Counted from the stretch's first letter, positions 1 through 14,300 are shown. The stretch is DNA of 64,000 nt from Phoronis australis (GCA_002633005.1 NMRA01000045.1:499627-563626); one strand, 5' to 3'. Notes: a model not told the origin generated them from the letters alone. Numbers and translations: made by a program.

Positions 1-3000
1 CGACGCCAGCCACAGGTTCCGCAAACGTCTCGCTCCCTTTCACCTCAGCCGGTTGGGCGCCGACATCCCGGTAGATTCCGTAATGTTCCCGACATCTCTC
101 CGCGGTCTGCCTCACCAAGACCATCGCCCTCACCCAAACCCGTCAGCATTACCCCAGCGAAACCACCACCGCCGAGGAGATTTCTTCCAAGACGACAAAC
201 GAAGCCCATAGAAGTTGTAAGAGTGGACATCCACGGAAACCGCCGAGGTGAGTTCTAAGCGTGTTCGAACAGCAATGGCGAAATGGGTATTTATATTGTT
301 TGACTTTCATTTGAATTCACTCAATGAATCGGATTTTTTTGTACTGAGCCAATGATGTTCCCTTGTGATCCATTCCGTTTAAGATTGCAAAGCCCGAGAT
401 TCTTCAGGACCACCCCTTAGAGTATGATCCTTGGTGATTTGGGAAACCTACTTTTATGTTAATTCCAGTAACAAAAACCAATTGATTGAAATTGGTTTTG
501 TTTATTTGGTATGTCACAGTACAGAAAAAAGGCAGAAAATTGCATGTGGAGAAAAGTTTTAAGCATAAATAAATATCACCTACGAACAATGAAGTTAAGA
601 ACTTGTTTCGATTGTTCTATTTATTAACAATGTAATTGAAGATCCAAAAGGAAGGATTAACATAGACAAGTAGAACAGATACATCTCATGGGTTTAATCT
701 CCCCTTGCAGAATTCTACTCTCCATCATACCAAGACAAGATTACGACAGAAAAACCAGCCAAAAAGCTGAAGCTAGACTGGGTTTACGGATACCGTGGAA
801 GAGATGCCAAGAGTAATCTATACGTGCTTCCATCCAGCGAGACCATGTATTACGTGGCGAGTGTGGTAGTCATATACAACAAACTCAGGGAAACGCAACG
901 ACTCTACACGGGCCACAACGAAGACATATCGAGGTACGTTGATCCACAAATGGAGCTGCTCGATCAGTCGAGTCTTGGAATTTCCAACACTTTCTTTGCC
1001 AAGGAACATTACCAACTGCAACACTATTTAAAGCAAAAGGACCGTTTCGTAACGATAAGCGTTGGGGGTATCGAGTGGCGTTTTTGTTCATTTTGAAGAT
1101 GGGTTTCTCTTCAGCTTCGATTGAAATGAGTCTATAGTTGTTTTATTCTTATTGTTTCACAGCATGGCTCTCCACCCTAACGGATTTTACGTAGCCACGG
1201 GTCAGTTCGCCGGCGACAACGCGGACACATCGGTAAGTAAACAGAACGTAACACTCGCGAGACGAACAAGGGTATTATTTTAATGCTATGGCAGGCTTCT
1301 TCAACGTATACGAGTTGCTCTCGACATGGAATTATCATAAGTAAGACGTTTTAAATCTTAAATATGAAAGAAAGTGCATATAACGTAGAATATTCTATAA
1401 GGTAAAAAAAGATAATTGGTTCTAGTCTGATTTTTTTGAAAATTGATGTTGTGATGCGGAGTACTTAGTTGCACCTATTTTCAAAAAAAACCCGCTTGAT
1501 ATCAGCTGAAATGGGCCGGCAGCGATACTCCTGTGAGGCGAAGGCTTCAATATGAGTCGACGAGTCGGGCGCAGACCGGGACCAGTTATACTAATTTTGG
1601 CCTACCTCAATCACGGAATGCATGAATCGAAATGATCATTTCACAACCACGGAACAACGGTGGATCTACGTACCGCTCGCCTTTGTCGACGAGGAGATTC
1701 ACAAGTCATGCCTCGTAAAAATTAAAAATAAAAAGACGCCGATGGCATACCTGTTGAAGCCCATCGCAACCGTTTACCCTTTCGATGGTGCAATCGGGGC
1801 TTTGCTTTGTGACATCATAACCCAACAGTATTCCGTCCTCGTTACACAGTATGGACAGATGAAGCGGTTCCGCCACATTTGTCCTTTATTGAGTGGCTTA
1901 AGCCTCCTCAACCCCTCCCCCTCATAGACCCACCATTGATAAAAAGCGATTGCACTATTTTTTAATTTCGACAGGCGCATGTACGAATTTGGGACAGTAA
2001 GTCATTGCAGACCTACGCCATTCTGGGCTTGGGAGTCTTCCAAGGAGGATTAAGCAGTTTGAATTTTTCAATCCAGGTAACTGTGTGAAGCCTATTCATC
2101 TTCAAAGTAGAATAATCAGGATACAAAACATTATTCTTAATAAAAATACCACATGTTTTAAGTCGATCCTTAAAGCGGTCATACATTAATAAGTGAAATT
2201 TTAATTTGAACCACTTACTGCTATAAACTTGGTATCCTCTTGTTTCTTACTCGAATGAGAAGTGATTTCTGGACCAGCAAAGAAATGCAATTTCGTTGTG
2301 CCCTGAAAACATGCTCAGCGCATAAAATGACCCGCCGTGACAAGCCAACTTGTGGAGCCTGATCTCAAACAAAAGCGAACTAACTAAACTGAGGCCAACT
2401 TCATAACGGTAAGGGGACTAAGCCAAAAATTGCTTTTTTGACGTAATGGGGGCTTACTGTCGCATTAGAAATAGTTTCACAAATATCACACATTTCCGTA
2501 ACAGGTTTTTAAAAAGTGACAGTCTATGTTAGGAGAAATTTGTAAAGGTATGCTCCAAGAGACAAAGTTGTCGGTAGTATTTTGGCGCTTCACCTGACCA
2601 ATGAAATTACCTTCACTTCCAGAGCGAAGGCGATTATTTAGTTGCCATTGACGACGATGAAAAGCACACAATGAGCGTATGGAGATGGTCAGAAGAGAAA
2701 GTGATCGCAAAAACAGTAGTAAGTAACGTGCATAGCCTGCACAAGGTTTGATCTACGTCACAATTGTAGGATCAGTCCAAGGAACTATCACGGTTTCAGA
2801 TGGGTTTTGGAAACCTGAAGAGTGAGGACTTTCAGAAATCAGGCTTCTAACCAGGAAGAGTGTCGATAGCTCATTCGCGAGTGTGAACTCTTGAACAGGT
2901 TTTCCTGATTTTTTTCTAGGATTTTGCCCGGGGTTTCAACACACGCATTCATCAATAATTAGGAATGCACGTTCTTACATTATTTAGACTTCGCGGAAAA

Positions 3001-6000
3001 AAGTTATGGTCTATTTGAGCTAAAAACAACCAAATACACCTGGGCCCAGTTGCATAAAAGTTATACGCCGTATCGCAACAATAGTGTCGCATTATCACGC
3101 GTCACGTTGTTACTGTTGAATAATGCACCTGACTTCATGTAACAATCAAACTTAACCAGCGGATAAATTTTGAAGCTTTATGCGACTCTTCCCAGAAATA
3201 CTCTGGTTTATGACTGGGATTAAATTCCGCCAACAGAGCGTTTGGTTGCGGCAAGAGAGTTTCAAGTTCGAATCTGCGCTGGGACTGATCGTGGAAAAAA
3301 ATTTCTAACAGAGAATGGCACTTTATGGGTTGTTGATACGTTAATGGACACACAGTAATTTCCATGGATCACACTATGTCAGAGAAAAGACACAGATACA
3401 TAGTACAAAGTCAAAACAATTATTATATATTGAAACAATTATTGAACATGAGTAGTATTTAAAAGATATCTACGTCTCCTTTCTCCTAAAGCTCACGCAA
3501 GATAAAGATTTTGCTCATATCGCAGCTGACGTAAGTGCATTTATGTTGTTAAATTATTTGTTGTCTGCATGTTTATTTTCTATTATTTCGGGTTTTACCT
3601 TTTTCACGCATGCTCCAAAGCTCTTGTGTTTTCACTTTCACATTGAAAAGGACTGAAAGTCAAATTTTGTGCTTTTGGCGGTTTGCCAAAACGTTGTCAC
3701 ACGGCTATCGCTTAATTTAATTTTCTTTTCTGTTATTTAGTGGTTGTCGTAGAGTTTGAGATGCGTGAAACGTTTTTATGATTATAACTCTCTTCACTTT
3801 TCACCTTGGGAGGTAGACAAGTGTTCTCACTGAGTGGCGCCAAAAGCTTTTTGCTTAATCGGCGGCTATAGACCGAATTGAGAACTTTAATCACGAAAGT
3901 AAAGAGAAATCACCGAGTCGAAGAAGTGTTCCTCGTTTGTCAGTCAACCTAATGGTTCCAAAGTATCTTAGCGACCTGCATACACGCCTGGCAGCAACAG
4001 CTTCATATTCTATCATGAAATTCCAGAGTTCTTGTTTTTTACGTGTTTTATATCTTTGTATCCTATCAGGATTTAACGGTGTCTCCTCGCGAACATGACG
4101 ATAAATCTGTGAGTGTTTTCGCCACTTATGATTAAAATATCATTTGAAAACGAACATTCACGGGATTGGGAAACAACATTCTTTTTGGAAGCAGTAGTAC
4201 GACCGAAGGTTCAGTTTCGGGATTAGCCGCAGAAAAATGTATTTCATTTAATTAATAACTGAAGGTTTGGATTTACGACTAGGGGATTCACAGACAAGGC
4301 TACAAAACGCCGCTTTAAAAACGAATAAGACAACTGGTGATTTAAAACTTTTTACCGATGATTTTTTCTTAGTTTCAGTATGATGAGTCCAGTCTTCAAT
4401 GATTTAATATTTGACCATCATTTTAGACGACTAATGAGACAGTGGTATGGTGCGACTTCCATCCGGATGACGACTCCATAATCTTGACTTACGGGAAACA
4501 CCACCTTTACTTTTGGAAGATCTTTACGGAAGGGAAACGGGGAGAAGAAGTGAAGATATTAAGAGACAAGAAAAGTGGGATATATCCGGTAAGTAAAGTA
4601 AACCTCTCAAGGAATTGTTTGGTTGGCAGACAGGTCGGTACTCTGATAGGAGCGCCGTTTTGCCTCTGAGGGACTTTAGACGCGGAAAAGTTGTTTTTTC
4701 TGAGATGAACCACAACGCTCATTGGAACCTGGAACGGTCGCAGCCTTTAAACGCTTTGTTGACGGCGCTAAAACGGCTCGATAAGTGACGAAATATTTAA
4801 TGCATAATTTAACTAGTGACGTCTACGGGTTAATTTCAGAAAACGTCGGTCAGACAACGGCGATAATTGACGATTTGTAGTAAAACTCACAATGTCTCTA
4901 AAAACACAATTTGAAATGGCTAAAAATTGCAGATGATGGAAATTAAACATTTTCCACAAACAGCGACTAATTCGAGAAGGTAGCCCTGAAAGGAAGCTTT
5001 GAAAGGTCAAGAAGTTTGCAAATAAATGCGTTTTCCACCAACAAAAACCAAATCAATCAGCAAAGATAAAAAACCATGAAACGATTATGATCAAGACAGT
5101 ATGCATCGCAACTGTGATATTCGAAACAAGTAATCATATTCGAAAAAAAATAAACGGATGAGTTAATTATTCATTACAGGGGCCAGTGCCACAGTACGTG
5201 ACGTCAGTAGCATTTGCTTACAACGGCGACGTGATTAGTGGCGACTCAAATGGTGCAATAACGGTATGGCGACGAGGAATGGACGATTCATTTTCCATAG
5301 ACCAAAGTGCTTCCGAATACATGCAGCACGCTCACAAGGTAATATGTTACTTAATTCACAAACAACAAAATCAAAAAGATTGGAATCTTAAGTTATTCCT
5401 AACAAAAACAATTGAGCCCATTAAACACTGACATGAACGTCCATTGACAAGATTTAATTACTGAATACTTCCTTTATTTGGAACACTTTACAAAGTTTGT
5501 GTATTAAATTTAGTTACATACCTGTAGCTTACAAAAGAGGCCCATGTGCTTAAATAACGTAAAACGGACAAAATAAAAAATGATCGCACATGCGCCGGTA
5601 AAATAAACATATCCCTTAAGCTGACGCACCTATTTTGCTTCTCTTCCCCGGTTTCTGGAAAGCAAAACTACTCAAAAATTCAACGGACCCTCATTGCGAA
5701 ATAATTTTCGATTTCAGAAGAGCGTGTTCGCTCTCTGCATGATGGACGATGGTACACTGCTTTCCGGAGGTGGTCACGAGGTACGCGCGTGGGATACCGT
5801 AAATGGATACAGGCACGTCAAAGAACGTCTGGTGAGACTAGTACAGCGGACTTTACTCGACTCATAAATATAGCATTGATTCATGATAGTTAAGTTTGAA
5901 TTCAGGTCTTTGATTTCAAGACTTAATGCGTAGGTCAGAAATAACATACTAAGGCTTTCTGCAACCAACGCAGATGCATTCTGCGCGAAGTCGTCAAGAA

Positions 6001-7012
6001 CCCTTTGAGTCAGGGAAAGCAATTCCTCTACCTCCAACAGGGCCTTGAGTGCACATGCTCAACGGTACCTTATTTCAAAAAGGACACTCATCTATTTACT
6101 TTTACATTTTCAGATACCAGAGTCCGCGGGCTACGTGCGAAGCCTGGCACCACAGAGTACCGCCACGGGAGACAGTCAGCTGTACGTAGGAACGACGAAG
6201 AACGCCATCCTAGAGGGAAACATCCATAACAAGTTCAAGATGCTGATACAGGGACACTGCGAGGAGGTGTGGGCAATGGCTGCCTATCCGGAAGAACACG
6301 CGTTTGTCACAGCCGGCTACGACCGCCATGTTTGTAAATGGTCGACAGTCAGTCGGAGGCTACAATGGAGGGTTCATGTAGAGGTGAGAAACCACTCTGA
6401 GAGAGTAGGCTTATCATACAGGTGGAACCTCTGCCGAATGATCACCTATTAGTTAGAAGGAAACTTGCATTCAGCCCCAGTTCTTGAACTGTGGCTACTC
6501 AGTGATACACGATTACTTGGTATAAGAACGTCTCGCCAGCGTCTACATTTAATTATGTCGAAACTGATTTCCATTAGTTATTAAATACCCAGATGATTTT
6601 TTCAGTTCATAACTGTAATACTAGAAGTAAAAATGAGCGAATCATATCCCAGCCGCAAGTTTGTTCACGTCATGTTCCTGCGATCGGCTCCGGAGCTAGC
6701 AACAACCGTGACATCATTCACGCACCAAATGACGCCTTTGATTTGATGACACTTAATTGTTATTTGCACGTTGCAGAAGCCGTGCCTGTGTGCTGACGTC
6801 AACACGAAAGGCCGGTTGATAGCTGTTGGTACTACGGTAGGACTGTTTATAATACTCAGCGGGCATGACGGCTCTCACGTAACGACAGTCCAGGCAGGAA
6901 CAGACGGAATAACAGTCATCAAATTCTCGCCAGGTACGTTGCTTTGGACGTTGAGTGCAGCCCCTAGACATTGTTGATAACAGTTTATCACTTCTGACTT
7001 TTGATGGTCAGA

Positions 7013-7043
<31 letters not shown>

Positions 7044-9632
7044 CTAGCACAGTACTCAAGTCCGATTTTCATCTAGTTCACTCAAAAACTCTAAATTTAT
7101 CACCACTGGTCAATGTTTCCATAATAAAAACCGAAGAAACGGTTTTATCTAAAATAAAGACCTTCTTCACTTTTCTTATTTCAGACGGGTCCATGTTGGC
7201 TATGGGTACTCAAAACGGCAGTATTTATGTCTACCACGTGATGGAAAACGGACAGTTTTACAGAAGGCACAAGGAAGGCATACAGAGGGTACGTTTCACC
7301 GGTTTTAGAGGACAATTACCCATACGCGATATTTAGGATTCAACGTTCACGTTCCCAGCTAGGGGCAATCTGATCCAAGTTTTCCCGACAAAGTCGAAAT
7401 GACGCCGGGAAAATCAATGTTTTAAAATATTTTTATAGCTCGTTTATGGGCGAGTGGTACGGAAAACCACACATCGATTATAACGGTATAAGGAAATAGA
7501 AAGAGAGACTAAGAAGCACTTGTATTTTCCACAGGGGCACAACAACTTCGTAATGCAGCTGGACTGGTCGTACGACGGTAGAAGTTTGCAATCGGTTTCG
7601 GGCGACTATGACCTTCTCTACTGTAAGTATATTCTCTTTCGACCTGTAACATCTTCAAACTTTATTTTACAAACGATACACTAAGTATGCTTTAAAGGAA
7701 ACACATCACTTCGAAGAAGGACCTCAGTGACATCAGTTGAAAAAATCTAGGATCTTCACCGATTCTAAAAAAAAACTCGTGAACGTCATTCTATCTCAAT
7801 ATCAAACAACAGCAGAGATAACTCGCGTGGAGCTGTGGGCTGATGCATCCCAATCAGCAGGAAGGTGCTGGGCCATTAATAACCGTTACTGTCTCCAGTA
7901 TTGGCCCAATATCATAAGCCACAAGAGGCCCCAGTAACCTTTTGCACACAAGTGCTGTATTGCGCCGGCTAATGCAGGATTACGATAGGCCAACAGCGCT
8001 CACTGATAGCTGTTGCGCACTGGGTGAACTTTGCTAATTTCCAAAAACTTACTTCTTCTGCCAGGGCACGTGGAGAGTATGACTCAGGAGAAGCAAGCGC
8101 GTGAAATGAAGGACATCGACTGGTACACACAGACCTGTTCACTAGGATACAACTTACTCGGTATTTATTGTTCGCTTTTCCGGGTTTGATTTTATATTTA
8201 AATTTCAAACACTACCACAGGCATATTTGTAACGGCCGTGTCCCCTTTAAAAAAGAACAAGACGAAAAAAAAATCGGCAAAACAGCTTAACGTTTTAGAA
8301 ATCCCTTCCCAAATACGCTAGTGATTGCCACAATTAAACATTAGATAAAGGTGACTGTAAAGTAGATACCTTCATGACGATGACCACCGAACGTCAGCAA
8401 ACTTTCCGACACAATTCTCATACGGACAAAAACGCATCAAGACATTACCAAGACATAGTTTGTTTTGTGGGTTATCATGCACTCGCATGAAATCCTAGAG
8501 GTTGCGTGTCGGTGAAGTTACGCGCCATTTTAACACCACAGGAAAACTAAGAAAAAGTAAAGTTTTGACTAGGCGTAAATTAAAATGAAGTTTGTTTTCC
8601 TCGCGTGACAACAATATTCAGAACAATTTATTTGATAATGATATCTGCCAAAAGAACATTATTTTCATTTGTAAGTATTTAATAAAACAAAAATGAGCGC
8701 GACACCACAATGGGTGAAAAAGTGAAAATAGTTCAACTACCAACCTAGTCTTCTCAGAGTACTGAGGATGGGCCGAGGGAAGCAAACAATACTTAAAGGA
8801 CGCCCAAACGAGTCCCTCGCGATTTCAGTGACAACAATAAATAACAAGTCTGTATTGTTTGATGCTCTAGGGGCCTGGTCCCATTTAGGAGAGGAAGAGG
8901 ACATTGACACGGTTGCACGGTCCAACTATCAGAATTACCTGGCTGTGGGTAACAACAAGGGGGCCATAAGACTATACAGGTACCCCTGTACAGCACACAA
9001 GGTGAGTACAAACCGATATGAGAACATCATATGGGCGTGCGAAGTTATCACTGACCTGCACATGTACCTGTAGTCAAAATGCAAAAAGAATATTAATATG
9101 ATCATGCTACATAGAAAACGCCTTAGCCACACAGAGAGGACTTTTTAAGTCTGTTTTGATCACTTATCTAAATAAAATCAGAGAACATTATTTGGGGAAT
9201 GGCCCCTATGTATCTCCTCCATCAGCCAGAAACTAGTTGGCAATGACTTACAACGTAGGATCGCAACTCTTCACCGTAACATTAGACGACAGTAAATGTC
9301 AATGATGGACGTTTTGAAGACAGTCACCCTGCTAATTTAATCCCAGACAGGAACACACTATGTTTAGCGAAAATTAAAACAACGCTTATTCTTTGAGAAG
9401 GAAAATTACCCACTGTAAAAACTTAGAAGTTCACATACATTGGGTGTCATACTGTCGTTCACTGACCATACAACTATCTTATTTACAGCCCGACTACTAC
9501 GAGAAGAAACATTACTCGTCTCACGTTACAAACATTCAGTTCATGTTCGACGACAGCTTCGTGATATCTTCGGGTGGAGTAGACGCAGGCATCCTACAGT
9601 GGTCACTGGTCGACCCCATGACACCAAGGTGA
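1..9632 (+). CDS. EML: Echinoderm microtubule-associated protein-like (EMAP/EML family; HELP motif + WD40 TAPE domain), 5'-partial, 15 exons in window
   Basis: Exons joined with GT-AG sites and consistent phases: <1-247, 711-933, 1163-1232, 1975-2076, 2623-2718, 4427-4588, 5180-5338, 5718-5831, 6114-6383, 6777-6933, 7185-7288, 7535-7622, 8065-8160, 8871-9001, 9489-9632 (2163 nt, 720 aa + TGA). HELP signature KLKLDWVYGYRGRD, then EML-typical segments QRLYTGHNED, AHVRIWDS, DVISGDSNG, GHCEEVW, QLDWSYDG, DWYTQTCSLGY, LYRYPC, SSHVTNIQF. A Pro/Arg/Ser-rich basic region precedes HELP. The paralog number cannot be assigned. Confidence 0.95.
2206..2421. mobile_element. Diverged short interspersed repeat/MITE; second copy at ~60238-60492
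   Basis: Shares the blocks CTTACTC..ATGA.AAGTGATTTCTGG, CGTGACAAGCCAACTTGT.GAGCCT and TTCATAA(T)CGGTAAG with 60238-60492. Ends resemble ACCACTTA...TAAGTGGT inverted termini. Confidence 0.6.
3040..3195. mobile_element. Small degenerate MITE (PIF/Harbinger-like termini)
   Basis: Left end CTGGGCCCAGTTGCATAAAAG; right end reverse-complemented CTGGGAAGAGTCGCATAAAG. Confidence 0.4.
7017..7043. repeat. Poly(A) mononucleotide run in an EML intron
   Basis: Uninterrupted A run, which produces the spurious poly-Lys ORF 7001-7336. Confidence 0.9.
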
Positions 9633-9720
9633 CCCTAAGACCCCACTGGAGTAGACGGAGGCATCTTACAGTGGTCACTGGTCGACCCCACGACACCAAG
9701 GTGACCCTAAGACCCCACTG
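9575..9720 (+). repeat. 72-bp tandem duplication spanning the EML stop codon
   Basis: 9575-9646 and 9647-9718 are the same unit with 3 substitutions. Confidence 0.95.
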
Positions 9721-9767
9721 TGGCCTACACTGATGCCACGCGACAACAATGTCTAGTGACCAAAAGT

Positions 9768-9768
<1 letters not shown>

Positions 9769-9799
<31 letters not shown>
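9769..9799. repeat. (CA)n microsatellite
   Basis: About 15 perfect CA units in the presumed EML 3' UTR. Confidence 0.97.
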
Positions 9800-9802
<3 letters not shown>

Positions 9803-10693
9803 AGGGTGTGCCTTTCCTAGAGCAAGTATCTCGTATGGAAATCTTCAAGATATCAGCATGCCTTACAAATGAAGCGCGTGATCTCGCCACCTTGCAAGTA
9901 TCTAGCAAGGCTGGAGACACACCTGGTTGGTGTGCAAAATGGAACATACTCCAGTAACTTGGAAACAAGACAGAATATTGAAAAACAGACAGGGCTCCAG
10001 GCTGCAGGCAGCCAAGGGCCTATACTCTTTTTCATGGATGTAGAAAAGGGCGTCACATTTTAGAAACATCAAACACATTCAAGTAGTCGAGCAATCAAGC
10101 ATCATTCGATGCCTATCCACCGATATGAGCCCAGCTTGAGGTTCGGTATTTCCATTTACTGTGGCTCGCAACACTGCTCGTTTATTTGGACAGGTGGCGA
10201 CACCTTACATATAAAATAGTGACCAGAATGTGAGCAACAACTACCAGGCAAAATACTCGGCCAAATCAAGCTTAATGGTACATCACCTTATTTGACGTTT
10301 TTCTCCAAGTTTGAGTTAATTGCTTCCTAACTAACCATTTCTTGATAAGCTTGAAAAGGCCTGCTGAACAGTAAAGTGAACCAGGCTTGTCAAAATTTTT
10401 GTAAAAGCTTGTTGGGGCAGACAACTTTTCCAACATTGAATTCCCAGCTTAGAAAACCCCGTCTCTTTGTATACAGGGCATGAATAAGATTGCTGGTCAG
10501 TAACATAATTCAAGCTGATAATCTCAAGAGAATTCTGTCACCAAGTAAAATTACTATTTCTTAATGACTGGTGATCCAAAAAAAACAACACATCCCACGA
10601 CCTGTGTACCCACGACAATGTAGCTCATGGGTCACATTTAAGTACCCAAAAATAAATTGCTTGCACCATTTGGCAAACTCAGCGTGGAATCTT

Positions 10694-10744
10694 GAATAGG
10701 GTAGGACTAAAAGCTGGAATAGGGTAGAACTAAAAGCTGGAATA
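10694..10744. repeat. 23-bp tandem duplication
   Basis: GAATAGGGTAG(G/A)ACTAAAAGCTG twice, followed by GAATA. Confidence 0.85.
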
Positions 10745-11128
10745 ATATCGGCTAAGCTTGAATTGTAATGTTGTTTTTAACTTGATTAACCTTGTCCACA
10801 AGGAATCAAGCTTGATGAATTTAACGTTGTAGCAGATTAACCAACACTGATAAGTTTAATTAGGACTCAAACAATGCATGTGATTAATTTGAAACAAAAC
10901 CATATTTATTAAAATCCCTGTGGTTGTAACAATACACTCGATCAAATTGCTCTAGACTTCAATATCACGAATGTAATTCCTACAGTCATTAGTTCAAATT
11001 AGATTGAGAAAGATGATTGTTAACAAGATAAGTTGTTTTAACTATGAAGCAGGGAGGTCACAAACTGTCTCATTTCCTTCAATTACCATAAGCATACCAA
11101 ACTTGCCATATTGTCACAAGCGGGTGCT

Positions 11129-11173
11129 AAATATGTTGTTGAAAATATGTTGTTGAAAATATGTTGTTGAAAA
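11129..11173. repeat. 14-bp tandem repeat x3 in the UTP3 3' UTR
   Basis: ATATGTTGTTGAAA three times. Confidence 0.9.
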
Positions 11174-11308
11174 CACATTGTGTAAATTCTATAAATTATT
11201 GACTATGATACAAAGTGTTTGACTGACATATCGTTTACTACACCAGGCAGGAAACTGCTCACGAAGAATGTAGAGACAGGGTTCACATAAAGTTGTGTGC
11301 AACCAGAA

Positions 11309-14300
11309 CTAGCTCTTGATGCGAACGCCTCTCTTGATACCAGCACGGATGCCAGAAAATTCACCATCGTAACGATTCATCTCAGTTCTAGCTTCACGCA
11401 CCTTCAAAAGAAATACATTGTAAGATATAATGACAGTTTTGTAACAGTGGACAACCGAGACATGGTTGTCAAAGCCATGGCAACATACAATCTAATGAGA
11501 AGGTGTAGTATCTCCATAGTAGAAGCCTGTGTGCCAAATTTCATGAAAACCTGCCAAGGAACTTACCAAGACAGCGAGACAAACGAAACAAATAAAATTG
11601 CCACAAGGGGTCACAGTTGTAGTTGAATCTGTCTGAAAAATCTGCATGTGGAATATGTCTGAATGAAAAATTTCACAAACATCCATCGAGGGGTTTAGAA
11701 GGTCTGGAACAGATGGACTGAGACGATGGCAATATGGAGTACATAAATATGTGGGTGAATAAAAGGTGTATACAGGTTTTCCCACCACTAGAGAAGCCAG
11801 TGTGGCCTAGTGTGATAGGTGCCCGCCTTCTTTACTCGAGGTCATGGGTTCGAGTCACACTGGGTCACATTGCTAGACCTTTGAGTCAGGTTTCTAGCTC
11901 CTCATTAATAAAGCACAAAAAGTGGCTCCAGGTGATCAGTGCAACCGGCCCACGTGCGCCGCCTAGGCATGTCTGGTACAATGCAATTATTTTTTTTATT
12001 ATGTTTTCCCACCACTAAAGTCAGCATCAGGAAATATGACACTATGCCTAATATTAAGAAATGAGCAATTACGACCGTATGCAAAAAATTTGAATGCGTT
12101 TTTGCCGCAATGACACAATTTTGATATCAGACAAGGGTAAAATTATCCACGTACCCGCGTCCATTGGTTGAAAACAACAGTTGAAACATTTCTCCAATTT
12201 TGACAGCAAAAAATATGCTTTTATCCCGACTACAAATCATTGTCTTCTGCTCCTGCTAGTCGATGGTCGCACATTTTCTGCTCACATGGGGACCCCAGGC
12301 AGACGATTAAATCAACCAAATTAAAAATCTGGTTAGCTATTGAAGAGACACACTACCTCACAGAGGACACCAGTGGGACAGGCCCAGCCGAGAACAATAT
12401 CACATGGGTATTGAAATGAGCAATAATCCAAAATATGCCTCACCTGTCCCTTGCGGCGAATCTTGGCTTTCCTAAACTTCATTCTATGTTTCACACGTGG
12501 ATTCCTGTATTCTTTTTTCCTGTGCGGCGTCAAACCTTTGTTTTTCTCGATCTAGAAAGCAACAACTCAACAGTCACAACAAAACTGATGAAACTATGAC
12601 AACTACAAATAATAGCAAAAATCAGTAACACTGGCATTCGTGTAGTGAGGACTTTGGCCAATCAATCCTGACTCAAGAATAGATCTAAATCTGAAATTAA
12701 ATGTCACTCTGAACTTGAACTCTGAAAAGCAGTGCTGACACTGAAGAGGACACCTTCATTTTATATGTTAAAAAAACTAAAACTCTGACTTATATTTTCT
12801 GTTGTATTTTATTTATACAAACTTAAGATCAGTATTTTAGATTTAGTGCTTGCCAAAGAGAACATTATGACATGTATAAAGAAAAACATCACATTTGAAT
12901 AAAGCTGAAAATTTGAACTCCAAAATCTCAAGGGCAAATTTGGTTTAATTTGGCCCATGGTAAGAGTTTGATTATTACTCTTAGACGATAGCATTACACC
13001 ACAACTGTTACCTGGTACGTGATTCCACGTTTCCCATCTCCATCACCGTCACCCTCGTCCTCTAAGTCATCTTTCCCTTCCTCCACATTAACTGACTCAT
13101 CGCCGCTGTAATACGGTATCAATTCAAAAATTACTTAAACCACCACAAGCAAAGTCACTTTCCATGAGTTCTCTGTGAATTTTCCAGGATAATACACTTT
13201 CCATGCATAATTTCCCACAAAAAAGTAAACATTCCATTACTGTCTAATAATTGTTTCTAAGCGTAAATGAATACATGAACTCGTGACAACTCACAAAACG
13301 ATTTTTTACTTTATGAAGTGACCTATTTCAACTCTTCCCCCAGAGTTTTCCATGCACGGAAACTATTTTTTTTTGGTTAATTTCCATACTTTTATGATGT
13401 AAGGGAACCACCTGCTGAAACACTTTTCAATAAATGCTTTCCACTTAGCAAATGTTAGAAATATTGATCATTAGGCGTTGCCAATATTATTTGCATCGAC
13501 AGGAAAGTCAAGCAATTCAAAGCCATTATAGACCACGCTCTGTAGTTAAAACGTCTTTCTTCACAGGTATACACTTTAGAGACCCTGAGTTTCCATGATA
13601 ACCAGACTGTAAATGTGGTGACCATCAATCTTATCCTCATATTTTCTTCAAATGTCCCCTCATCGAATCCCTGAGAGACTCACTCTTTCGTGCACTCAAT
13701 GATAACCAATCAATTGTTAACGCTCTCAATTCTTGTAATAATATCCCTACTAGAGTTACATTATTACTGAATGGTATTCCTAACCTTGACTTTGTTCTAA
13801 ACGAATTCCTCCTAAGCAACGTTAGCAAATTTTTATGTACCGTTTATCAATATTGTTGCATCTGATTTCCCTACATGAATCTGTACATATTTTTGTTTTT
13901 ACATATCTGTAATAGCATGTCTAAGTATTGGAATACTTATTTTAGATACTACTTAACTGTATATACCTCTATGTATATAAGTTTCATTTATGAATTGTTT
14001 ACAACCCAGATATAATGCTTCGCGGTTTCTGGGTTTGTTATTATTTCTTTGTATGTTCTGTGTATCCTTCAATAAATATATATCACAGTGAAAAAAAAAC
14101 CAGACTGAAAGGATGGAATTCACGGAATCTGACTGCTTTCAAGGCATTAGAGATTTTGAATGGAATTCAACATATTTCAACAGTAGATATCTAATTGTAA
14201 CATTTTTGGTTATTCATTACCAAAATTTAAGAATATAAGTCGTCAAATGTGACAATTCTGGCCACAAATCAATCCTGAATTGTTTGCAGTAGATATGCTC

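Noticed and set aside
3225-3420. Second SINE (B-box-like AGTTCGAATC near 3265)
   Set aside because: No recognisable A-box or TSD, so it is too degenerate to call.
9630-9702. Stop-codon readthrough into the duplicated EML C-terminus
   Set aside because: TGA-C is followed two codons later by an in-frame TAA, so double readthrough would be needed.
11795-11870. Functional tRNA gene
   Set aside because: The acceptor, T and anticodon stems do not pair in register; it has a SINE body, tail and TSD.
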